The translations under genes and the position numbers were made by a program. A DNA stretch of 64,000 nt from a candidate division FCPU426 bacterium (lineage in GTDB: Bacteria; Oederibacteriota; Muellerivitia; Muellerivitales; Muellerivitaceae): NCBI GenBank assembly GCA_963796105.1, contig CAWCKJ010000003.1:800001-864000 (forward strand). Direction: 5' to 3'. The notes beneath the pieces were generated by a model, which saw nothing but the letters and a program-made list of their open reading frames with translations, had not been told where the DNA came from and did no database searches. Positions within the stretch are counted from its first letter, which is position 1; the number at the start of each line of letters is the position of its first letter. Of the stretch, positions 28,633 through 37,278 are shown one piece after another.

Positions 28633-29907
28633 TCACTTTTTTGGGGATAACATTTGGTCAATGTCATCCGCCATTTTAGAAAGCTGGCCCAGTTGATCCG
28701 GTGTCACACCCTTCATGTGGTTTTGGCTCAAAGCTTTATTCATGGCCTGGCCCAATGCCTTTTGCTTGTCGGAGAATTTTTTAAAATCCGCGGGAGTAAT
28801 CTTCATCATCATTCTGGCTTTCAAGATCCTGTCATCCTGATCCTTCACCCTGGCTTTCAATTTATCCAGGCTTACCAGCTTGCCGGGCGCCGTGGCAATA
28901 GCGGCCGGCTTCGCCGCGGGTTGAACACCAAGTTTTGAAACGGGTTTCGCGGCAGAGCCCGATGTCCCGATGGAAGGTTGGTTTGGTTGAGGAGTCGCCA
29001 TGGCAACCGGCTGAGTAACTACCGCTGTTGAATTAGGCAATACCCTATTCACCGGCGTTTCGGCAGGCTGGGAAACCTGCGCTCCATTAGTGTTTAATCC
29101 AGGATTCCTAGCCGGAGTTCCTTGATTGCCGGAAGAGGGAGGAGGTACGGTTCCTGGTTTTGCGGAATAATGCCTTTGGAAATCATTCGGTCCATTTCCC
29201 CAAGCGGGGTTCTTTTCATTGAAGGCTTGATTACCATATATGCCATGGTGAATGAGCCTATTATTTGCCACCACCATCCGGCGCAATTGGAACATCTGGT
29301 CTTTGTTCAAGTCCATCCGGCCGTTTTGCCGGTAATAACTTTGCTCGGTGTTATAGACGATATTGATCTGTACCCTCATGGATTGAGCCTGTTCCTGGGT
29401 CAATCGGTTGGATTGGACCGCCGTATTGACGGCTACCTGCTGTTGATACAAATCCTGATGAAGTTTGGAGATGTAAAGGTACCTGTCCCCTGGTGATCCG
29501 TAATCATAATTATTGCCACCTTGGAACCCTTGAATCCAAGCCTCCCGTCTGGCAATAGCGTCATTGATGGCTTGTCCGTTGTCATCCAGCATGGCATTCA
29601 ACGAGGTAGTTTGGGAGTAATTCAAGTCCTGCCCCCCGTTTTCATTCATGTAATTCGAGGACATCCTCCTGAACATCTCGTCGTTCTCAGCCAGGCCTTC
29701 AGCGGAATTCTGATCCAAATTCCCTGCTTGTAATGCCCCATCGATCCTGGTGATTTGCTGTCGGATTCGGGTTTCAATTTGGGCGGCATTGGGATTAGGG
29801 GGTGCTGCTTCATTGGTCTGGACAAATCGGATGGTACAACCTGTTTGAACAAGCCCCAAAAACAAGAGGGAAAGGGTTATCCACATATTTTGGTATTTAA
29901 ATTTCAT
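28633..29907 (-). CDS. Lipoprotein with repeated helical domains and a Pro/Ala-rich linker
   Basis: Lipobox-like VQTGC; GGAGGAG RBS; three similar Q-x-x-R/V-I..L-T segments. Confidence 0.7.
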   Translation of the reverse strand: MKFKYQNMWITLSLLFLGLVQTGCTIRFVQTNEAAPPNPNAAQIETRIRQQITRIDGALQAGNLDQNSAEGLAENDEMFRRMSSNYMNENGGQDLNYSQTTSLNAMLDDNGQAINDAIARREAWIQGFQGGNNYDYGSPGDRYLYISKLHQDLYQQQVAVNTAVQSNRLTQEQAQSMRVQINIVYNTEQSYYRQNGRMDLNKDQMFQLRRMVVANNRLIHHGIYGNQAFNEKNPAWGNGPNDFQRHYSAKPGTVPPPSSGNQGTPARNPGLNTNGAQVSQPAETPVNRVLPNSTAVVTQPVAMATPQPNQPSIGTSGSAAKPVSKLGVQPAAKPAAIATAPGKLVSLDKLKARVKDQDDRILKARMMMKITPADFKKFSDKQKALGQAMNKALSQNHMKGVTPDQLGQLSKMADDIDQMLSPKK

Positions 29908-30049
29908 TTTTCACTCCTCCGATTGGTAATCGACTTATCCACAATGACCAGCCCCGAAAAGGTTTTACGGTTTCCTAAACAGCCCTTTGCCAAAACCGAA
30001 ATCATTTTAATGTTAAAAAGACTCCCAAGCCAGGACATTGAATGACGAA

Positions 30050-30652
30050 TCAATCAACCTTTAACAATGTGAAAGATATGCCCTTTTTATTGTTTTCGGT
30101 GGCCATACCCAGAATATTTCCCTCAGAATCCTTCAGGAAGGTCACCTCGTATTCCGAATGAATCTCTTTAAAATCGCCGTCTTCTTCCTGCGCAAAGCGG
30201 ATTTCATCCGAGCCATTCTCCATTTTAATAACGAGGAGTCCTTCCTTCGCCTCCGCCCTCGCTTGATCGCCAACTTTTTGATTAAAGTTGGCCGAAACAT
30301 CCTCAAACCGGTATTGCCCCTCATATGGATGCAGTTCCAAATCCATTTGCTGGATCTGGTTTTCCCGGCGAACCATCACGAAGATAACCACAAGAATCGC
30401 AGAAACAATGCCAGCGATCAAAAGAAGAGGGCCAATCAATTTCTTTGGCCTTTTCTCGAGTTCTCTTGCCGTTTCAATTCTTTTAGGCGTCTCAAGAACT
30501 TTTTCCAGAACACCTGGGCGCCTTGCCCTGGCAGGCAGGGAGGATTTACCGGCCGACCGAAGAGTCGTTTTTTTACGACTTTTGGGTCTTCGGGCCTTTA
30601 CCGCGATTTTCTTAGGCCGAATGCTTGAAGGCTTTTTCTTCTTCGTTTTCAA
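30050..30652 (-). CDS. Hypothetical single-TM protein with basic N-terminus
   Basis: K/R-rich N-terminus, one TM helix, acidic C-terminal domain; AAGGAG upstream. Confidence 0.6.
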   Translation of the reverse strand: MKTKKKKPSSIRPKKIAVKARRPKSRKKTTLRSAGKSSLPARARRPGVLEKVLETPKRIETARELEKRPKKLIGPLLLIAGIVSAILVVIFVMVRRENQIQQMDLELHPYEGQYRFEDVSANFNQKVGDQARAEAKEGLLVIKMENGSDEIRFAQEEDGDFKEIHSEYEVTFLKDSEGNILGMATENNKKGISFTLLKVD

Positions 30653-30819
30653 ACATTTTCTCCTTCAATTGACAGGTCCCAACAAGCCAAAACATTTCCA
30701 ACTCCACTTACCCGGCTTGATGGGATAAAAAATAATTATTCGAATATATTCCCTTTATTCCGCTGGTCAATCGTGCATTATTAGTCCATCAAATTAGGTT
30801 TTTAGATCTATTCGAACCA

Positions 30820-31089
30820 TCATCCCCAATAGGTCGGCGCGCCGAAAAGATGGAAGAATCTTGCGATGAAATACGCCGCCGGCAGTATGGCGAGGCCGAT
30901 CACCAGGCCTAAATAAAAAGCCTTGCGCCTTTGCCGATAGATGAAACCGGGCTCAGCCAGGGAGGAAAGGCCATCTTGCACCGCGCCAAGCCGGGTTTTC
31001 AGCGTTTTCTCGTCCAGGGAACCCTGCCGATATTCCTGTGCAAGAGATTCCATCCCTGTGAAAAACTTTTCGTAAACCTCGTCAGCCAT
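30820..31089 (-). CDS. Small hypothetical membrane protein
   Basis: MADEVYEK..; C-terminal TM helix; AAGGA upstream. Confidence 0.55.
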   Translation of the reverse strand: MADEVYEKFFTGMESLAQEYRQGSLDEKTLKTRLGAVQDGLSSLAEPGFIYRQRRKAFYLGLVIGLAILPAAYFIARFFHLFGAPTYWG

Positions 31090-31276
31090 AAGACCATCCT
31101 TGGGACCGCATAAAACCATGAAGTATATTGTAATGGTCCATGGGTCTCGATTAAACGCCCATGATAGATGGGTATCCTCAAAGGATTACGCTGTGTTAAT
31201 TGTTTGGTTTAACACAGAACTTTGACTATCTTGGTGTCCAGGTACCCGAGTCCCGATTGACAGAGCAAGGAAATAT

Positions 31277-32248
31277 ATGCCCATGAAACCCCAGTTGACC
31301 ATTCTCCCAGAGCCTATCACCTTGACCACCCATATATGGCATAAGACTCCCCAAACCCTTTTGAATTTTCTGGTCGACCGCTTCCATTACCATTCACGCG
31401 AAGAGTGGGAAACCTTGATCAACGAGGGTAAAGTAAAGGTCAACCACCTTACCAGCTCCCCGGGCCAGCCTCTCCGGGCGGGAGATGAAATCGCTTATAC
31501 CACCAACGCTTGGGAGGAGCCTGAAGTCCGCAAGGATTACCGGGTGGTTTATGAGGATGAAACCCTCTTCGTTCTTTCCAAACCCGCGCCCCTTCCGGTT
31601 CACGCGATTGGGGCCTATTTCAAGAACACCCTGATGCACCTACTGCGTGAGGATATACCCGAATCCCGGAATTACCATTTAATCCACCGTTTGGATTCCG
31701 AAACCAGCGGATTGCTGATCCTGGTGAAAGACCAGCGCTTAGTGGCTCCCTTCCAAAAAGCTTGGAACCAGGATACCCATAAGACCTACCGGGCCATCGT
31801 TTTCAGGAAATTCCCCGAGGGCCGGCAAACCGTTGACGGGCCGATCGGCCCCAAAAAGGGTTCCCCCATCCGAATAAAACTATGTGTGAACCCTGTTGAG
31901 GGGCGCCCTTCCAAAACCGAATTCGAGTTGCTGGAGACCCGCGGGCATTTTTCCTTGTTGGAAGCAAGGCCCATCACGGGCCGAACCCACCAGTTGCGAG
32001 TCCATTTGGAACATTTGGGTTTCCCCATCGTCGGGGATAAGCTTTATTCGGGCGACGACGAAACCTTCCTGCATTTCTACGAAAATGGGTGGGATGAGCA
32101 TCTGGCAAAAAGAGTTCTGCTACCCCGGCAGGCTTTGCATGCCTTCCGGTTGGAATTAACCCATCCCGAAACCGGGAAAAAAATGGAATTCGAGGATCCC
32201 CTGCCGGAGGATCTGGCGTCGTTTTGGGATTCTGCCGCCATCCGTTGA
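31277..32248 (+). CDS. RluA/RluD-family pseudouridine synthase with S4 domain
   Basis: LSKPAPLPVH, HRLDSETSGL, TGRTHQLRVH, PIVGDKLY, QALHA. Confidence 0.93.
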   Translation: MPMKPQLTILPEPITLTTHIWHKTPQTLLNFLVDRFHYHSREEWETLINEGKVKVNHLTSSPGQPLRAGDEIAYTTNAWEEPEVRKDYRVVYEDETLFVLSKPAPLPVHAIGAYFKNTLMHLLREDIPESRNYHLIHRLDSETSGLLILVKDQRLVAPFQKAWNQDTHKTYRAIVFRKFPEGRQTVDGPIGPKKGSPIRIKLCVNPVEGRPSKTEFELLETRGHFSLLEARPITGRTHQLRVHLEHLGFPIVGDKLYSGDDETFLHFYENGWDEHLAKRVLLPRQALHAFRLELTHPETGKKMEFEDPLPEDLASFWDSAAIR

Positions 32249-32365
32249 GGATCAGGCCGTCACCCTATCTTGATTTTATTTCTATCTTCTCAATTTTAAC
32301 TTTCTTTACTAAAATGCCTCTCCTGCTTAACCCCCCGAAGCTTATGCGCCGGGGAGCCTTCTCGG

Positions 32366-32452
32366 GCCCGAGTGGCGAAATTGGCAGACGCAATAGACTC
32401 AAAATCTATCGACCTCACGGTCATGTCGGTTCAAGTCCGACCTCGGGCACCA
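32366..32452 (+). tRNA. tRNA-Leu(CAA)
   Basis: gcccgag acceptor stem, D-loop gaaattggcagac, anticodon arm ataga-ctCAAaa-tctat, long variable arm, T-loop ggttcaagtcc, encoded CCA. Confidence 0.95.
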
Positions 32453-32526
32453 TTTATATCTTTATTTAAAAATAAAATTGAATAAATGGTAGTGCCATGG
32501 CGAAGCCTTGGTGCACCATTTAATCA

Positions 32527-32560
32527 ATCAAAACCCATGTGAAATCACATGGGTTTTGAT
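32527..32560. terminator. Perfect 16-bp inverted repeat, bidirectional terminator
   Basis: atcaaaacccatgtga-aa-tcacatgggttttgat between the tRNA and the convergent nrfD-like gene. Confidence 0.7.
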
Positions 32561-32716
32561 GTTTATAAAGGGAGATTGGTAGTATCCAGACTTCGTCTGG
32601 GCGCACCACTATTCGGTTTCGATACAAACAAACGCCAAATAAGCGATCATTTTCGGATGAAGTTTGAGGTATTTTCTTAGGCCCGTGGCTTGCCTGCGGA
32701 AATCTTCTTAACTTTT

Positions 32717-33913
32717 TTAGGTGTTTTTCTTTGTCGGGGAAAACCAGGGCGGCAGAAGCCGAACCAAGAACCATAAAATAGCGAAAGGAAGGATCAACAA
32801 AAACCCTGAAATCAAAAAGCCTTCCCGGCCCATAAATTCAGGTTTGAAAACAGTAAATCCCTCTAAACTTTTTGAAAATAGCTGGCCCCCGATGACCATA
32901 TTGCAACGATCCGCGAACACGCCTATGAGGACCAAGCAGGCTGAAAACAAAAGAAACACTTTCCTGATATTTTCAGATGGTTTGAATATCTGCACACTTC
33001 CTAAAATGGCGATTGGCAGGATCGTGCCGACGCATATTTGGACAACGACGAGGGATTGGAATAGCTTTCCAAAGACCAGTTGAAACAAGATGTTGAGGGA
33101 CTCTTCTGAAACATAAAGACGGTGAACTCCATCCAGCGCAACCAGGGCAAAATCCACGATTAAAAGGTAAAAAAGGAATTTTCCCATCACATCCAGGCAG
33201 GGCATCTGGATCTGGACCTTCCGCATCAGACTTGTGACGGAATACACCACCACCATCAAGGCGATCCCCGAGACAATGGCGGAGAACATAAAATTCACCG
33301 ACATCATTGCCGAGCCCCACCAGGGATTGGATTTGACGGTGCTGAAAATGAGAGCAACATAACCCGGCAGGAATAAGGCCGCTGGAATGCCGATCGTTCC
33401 GATGACCTTTCCCGCCTTATCGTCGATCGACAATGCTCTATCGGACGTATCTTTTTCCCCCAGGGTCAGGAGTCCGTAAAATTTCCCGGTCCACCCGGGT
33501 TTGCTGTGGGAAAACCTCACCAGATCCGCCCGGTAGTTGTACCAAATCTCGAGGAACATCACTGTCAAGTAAGCGGCATAAACAAACCCAAACATGGCCA
33601 TAGGAGAGGTCCAATGAGGGGTGATTAAAATTTCAAAACCCCTAGCCGGGTGTTCCAGATGAAACAAAAGCGGGAGAGGGGCGACAATCAGCAGGGAAAG
33701 AGAGGTCAGCATGGCCAGCCGGTAGATGGGCTTGATCTCGTGAATCTTGAATACGCGCTCCATCGAAACCAGGATAAAGGCTCCCGCCTCCAGGCCCACC
33801 AGATAGGGATAGATCACTATCAGAATGCTCCAGATCACCGCCTCATTAGGGTAAATGTAGCCCATGAGCGGATGAAAATGTTCGATGGTCAGATGTCCCG
33901 CGTTGATATCCAT
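32717..33913 (-). CDS. NrfD/PsrC-family membrane quinol-interacting subunit
   Basis: WSILIVIYPYLVGL, HLEHPAR, TSPMAMFG, ~10 TM helices. Confidence 0.9.
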   Translation of the reverse strand: MDINAGHLTIEHFHPLMGYIYPNEAVIWSILIVIYPYLVGLEAGAFILVSMERVFKIHEIKPIYRLAMLTSLSLLIVAPLPLLFHLEHPARGFEILITPHWTSPMAMFGFVYAAYLTVMFLEIWYNYRADLVRFSHSKPGWTGKFYGLLTLGEKDTSDRALSIDDKAGKVIGTIGIPAALFLPGYVALIFSTVKSNPWWGSAMMSVNFMFSAIVSGIALMVVVYSVTSLMRKVQIQMPCLDVMGKFLFYLLIVDFALVALDGVHRLYVSEESLNILFQLVFGKLFQSLVVVQICVGTILPIAILGSVQIFKPSENIRKVFLLFSACLVLIGVFADRCNMVIGGQLFSKSLEGFTVFKPEFMGREGFLISGFLLILPFAILWFLVRLLPPWFSPTKKNT

Positions 33914-34698
33914 TATTTCACCGCCATGTCGAGGCCCACGTAGTAAACCTTCGGCTCGGTCCCCATATATGGTTTCAAAACCTGGATCCGGTTTTCAGCG
34001 AGAAAGGCGTGAATGGGGCTTTTGGGGTCTTTCAAATCCCCGAATTTCCGGGTGCCCGTGGGACATGCTTCCACACAGGCCGGCTGTAAACCGCGGGTGA
34101 TCCGGTGGTAGCACATGGTGCATTTTTCAGGAGTATGGGTCACGGGGCTGAAGAAGCGGCAGCCGTAAGGGCAGGTTTCAACGCAGAATCCGCAGCCGAT
34201 GCAGTAATTGGGGTCAATCAGATCTACCCCATCCGGGGAGCGGAAAGTAGCGCCAGTCGGGCAGACCTGCGAGCAGGGTGAGTTCACGCAATGGTTGCAC
34301 ATCTTCGGAAGGAAAAATGTTCTGTCCTCGCTTTGTATCTTGGTTTTTTGGGGGAAACCATTCTTACCCCCGTTGGGCGAGTCGATATAAACCACTTGGC
34401 CGTTCCGGGCCTCGTATCTTTCCACCCAGGTCCTGAAATAAATTGGCTCGTCAGGAACGCCGTTTTCCGCTTTGCAGGCGGCCACGCAGCTTCCGCACCC
34501 GATGCATTTCTCCACGTCAATGCAGTAGCACCAATTGTGATCCTCGGGTTTGTAACCTTCCGGAAGAGTGGCGGCTCCCCGTGCTTTTCGCGGAACCCAA
34601 AAGATCAGTCCCGAAGAGATCGAGGATAATATCATCATGAATTTCAGGGCAACCTTCATAAATTGTCTGCGTGAGAGATTTTCTGAAAATGGTTTCAT
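33913..34698 (-). CDS. NrfC/DmsB-type 4x[4Fe-4S] protein with Tat signal
   Basis: SRRQFMK; CIGCGSCVAAC, CNHC..PCSQVCP, CIGCGFCVETCP, KCTMC..PACVEACP. Confidence 0.92.
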   Translation of the reverse strand: MKPFSENLSRRQFMKVALKFMMILSSISSGLIFWVPRKARGAATLPEGYKPEDHNWCYCIDVEKCIGCGSCVAACKAENGVPDEPIYFRTWVERYEARNGQVVYIDSPNGGKNGFPQKTKIQSEDRTFFLPKMCNHCVNSPCSQVCPTGATFRSPDGVDLIDPNYCIGCGFCVETCPYGCRFFSPVTHTPEKCTMCYHRITRGLQPACVEACPTGTRKFGDLKDPKSPIHAFLAENRIQVLKPYMGTEPKVYYVGLDMAVK

Positions 34699-35141
34699 TA
34701 TTGCTCCGGATGATGGGGATTATGGCAATTGAGACAATTTAGGTCGGGATTATGTTCAGCAGCCACTACCTGTGGAAAAGACTTATTGCGAAACTCGCTC
34801 ATCCCATGGCATTTGAGACAAAGTTCTTTCGTTCCAATTTTGACAGGAGGCGGGGCGGAGGGATCCTCCACATGGTAAGCGGAAGGCCCGTGACAATTCT
34901 CGCAGCTGATGCCGGCATGTTTGGAACTTTTAAGTTCCGTTGTCCTTGGTTCATGGCAATCCACGCAGGCGTTTTTACCAGCATAGCGGATGGGTTTGGA
35001 GGAAATTTCGGCCAAAGCCTCCCCTCGATAATGTCCGTATTGGCCAAATGAAGCCGGCTTCAAGAACGCACGAACCACCAAGAATAGCCCTAAGAAAGTT
35101 AGAACCAAAGCGAAGGGTTTCCAGATTTGGCCGGAAAACAT
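34698..35141 (-). CDS. Membrane-anchored tetraheme cytochrome c
   Basis: Four CxxCH motifs (CVDCH, CENCH, CLKCH, CLNCH) after an N-terminal TM helix. Confidence 0.88.
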   Translation of the reverse strand: MFSGQIWKPFALVLTFLGLFLVVRAFLKPASFGQYGHYRGEALAEISSKPIRYAGKNACVDCHEPRTTELKSSKHAGISCENCHGPSAYHVEDPSAPPPVKIGTKELCLKCHGMSEFRNKSFPQVVAAEHNPDLNCLNCHNPHHPEQ

Positions 35142-35231
35142 TTATCACTCCCCTAGGATAGCTGAATACCTTGCAAGAAAGACGGATTCCCCACTCCTTC
35201 TTCCTGCAAATCGAATCCCCGACTTATTCTT

Positions 35232-35597
35232 TTATTTCGCCACAGCGGCCTGGAGGGAGCGGAGATATTGGACCACGTCAGCGATTTCTTGGTCCGTCAA
35301 CTTTCCTTTGTACTTCGGCATTTTTTTCTTTCCGAGGGCGATGGACTTTGCGGTACCCGCATCAGTCAGTTTCACCACTTTGGGGGTAGTCATATCCAGG
35401 GAAGCGGCTTCCACTTTCATCATCTTGGCCATCTTGGCTGACCCCATCGCGTCCTTTCCATGGCACGAGGCGCATTTGGCGTCATATATTTTTTGGGCGG
35501 CCGACTTATCCGCGCCTTGAACAAATGTGGAGGTGAAAAGTAATATGGATAGAAAAATCCCCAAAAATGCTACGATTTCCCTGATGTGTTGTTTCAT
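35232..35597 (-). CDS. Monoheme class I cytochrome c
   Basis: Signal peptide; CASCH; KMPKY Met ligand; LTDQEIADVVQYLRSL. Confidence 0.9.
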   Translation of the reverse strand: MKQHIREIVAFLGIFLSILLFTSTFVQGADKSAAQKIYDAKCASCHGKDAMGSAKMAKMMKVEAASLDMTTPKVVKLTDAGTAKSIALGKKKMPKYKGKLTDQEIADVVQYLRSLQAAVAK

Positions 35598-35670
35598 GCT
35601 TTCCCCCTGATTGGAATTTATACCCTTTATGTTTAATCGAACCCAACGAAAATTTAAAATACGAATTTTT

Positions 35671-36656
35671 TATGTTTATGCACAAAGTGACCGTGCTGTA
35701 ATGGGTTTTGCTAAGGCACATGCGGTCAAAGCACGGTGAAATAAGGAATCGGGATCATGACGACGGTTGAACCGATAGGCATATTCACTTAGATACCGGC
35801 CTAAATACTTAGCATCAACGCCATGATGAGTTCCAATGATCCAGGCCTTGGCGTTGGAAATGAACCGGTGTACCCAGGGCAACCAACTTTCCAACTCTTT
35901 CGGGTCATTGGCCATCACCCGGTAGTCTGCCTCCACTCCTTTGAGTTCACGCAAGGCTGGCGAAGCATCTGTGTTGAGGAAAGAGCCTTTTTCCATAGTC
36001 TGATTCACGAATTCCTGGCTCTCCCACTTGGTTTCCATAGCTACCTTCACCTTGGCAAAACCCGCTTTTTCCTTCTTGCAACCATTCTCATCCACCCATT
36101 CCTTGCTTTCCACCGCCACCAAGACTTCCACTTGGTTTTCCTTGGCCTTTTTCCCAAAAACCGCCCCATCCAACTCAATGACGCCCTTTAGAGTATAGCT
36201 TTCGTCCTTTTGCCTAAGACCTTCCCGGATCTTATGCAATAGAAGCCATGCCGAATGATCCGAAAGATTTAAATGCCGCTTCAGTTCCAGGGCCGAAATA
36301 CCCCGTTTGCCCTGCATCATCAAACTGATGGCCCTGACCCAGGTTAAAAGAGGCAGCTTGGAGCTTTCAAAAATCGTCCCGGCGCGAAGCCGAAGACGTT
36401 TCCGGCAATAGTCACATTCCCTCACTTCAGGCTTGGCCTGGTGTTGCCAGAAGCTTTCGCCCTCACATTGGGGACAAACAAAGTCTTTCCCGCCGAAACG
36501 GCATCTCCACACCCATTGGCGGGCTTCTTCTTCCGTGTGGATTTTCCTCAGAATTTTAATGCTTTTCATCCGCTGGTAGCTCATGTACCACCTCCCGTAG
36601 CGGACAGTATACCTATGTATTCCTTTATTTCAAGGGTCACTTAATACAGAAGCATG
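35671..36656 (-). mobile_element. IS1595-family insertion sequence, copy 1 (986 bp)
   Basis: Imperfect ~22-bp terminal IRs (tatgtttatgcacaaagtgacc / revcomp catgcttctgtattaagtgacc); 8-bp TSD gaattttt at 35663-35670 and 36657-36664. Confidence 0.93.
35676..36584 (-). CDS. IS1595-family (ISXO2-like) DDE transposase
   Basis: Zn ribbon CPQC..CDYC, GTIFESSKLPL, IELDG, TD, HHGV..YLSEYAYRFNRR. Confidence 0.93.
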   Translation of the reverse strand: MSYQRMKSIKILRKIHTEEEARQWVWRCRFGGKDFVCPQCEGESFWQHQAKPEVRECDYCRKRLRLRAGTIFESSKLPLLTWVRAISLMMQGKRGISALELKRHLNLSDHSAWLLLHKIREGLRQKDESYTLKGVIELDGAVFGKKAKENQVEVLVAVESKEWVDENGCKKEKAGFAKVKVAMETKWESQEFVNQTMEKGSFLNTDASPALRELKGVEADYRVMANDPKELESWLPWVHRFISNAKAWIIGTHHGVDAKYLGRYLSEYAYRFNRRHDPDSLFHRALTACALAKPITARSLCA

Positions 36657-37278
36657 GAATTTTTAGATTGAATCATAAAAGTCGGGTTAAGATTAATTTC
36701 GTTTCTTCTTTGCAAGCATGATGACCGTCATAAAAATCAGTTTTAATTCAAAAGAACAAAAAAAGCCCCAAATTAAGAGTGGTTACCTTTGGTAATCATG
36801 GTTTTTAGGATATTGCCTTTTTAAAAAACGGAGCGCAAGATCTTCACCAAGTTTCACACTAACATCCGCCAATGGAGCCGCTTGTACCTTTTGAATATAA
36901 GATTAATAAAACCATGGGTCTGATCCACACATCCCGGGAACCCGCTTGGGCCGCAAGACCATGAATGGGGAAATTTACATTTCCACTGGGTCCAAATTCA
37001 CGCCAAGATTTCAAAATGTTTTAAGCAAAAATAAAATCGAAGGACCATATTTAAAATGTATGGATTTTTCGGAAGATTATTTTTTGTCTAAAAAAAGGTA
37101 GTTTTAGCGTAAAAAAAACACAAGCCGGTTTGGGGAAATTGAAACAGTCTTTTTAATTGGATTTTCACATAATAAAGTGTTTGGCAATCCAAGAACTTGC
37201 ATTTTCTGATTTACTCGGCTTGAAAAGTTCAGGTTATACTAAATTAAACTCAAATCGATTTTTGGGGGAATTCCAAAA

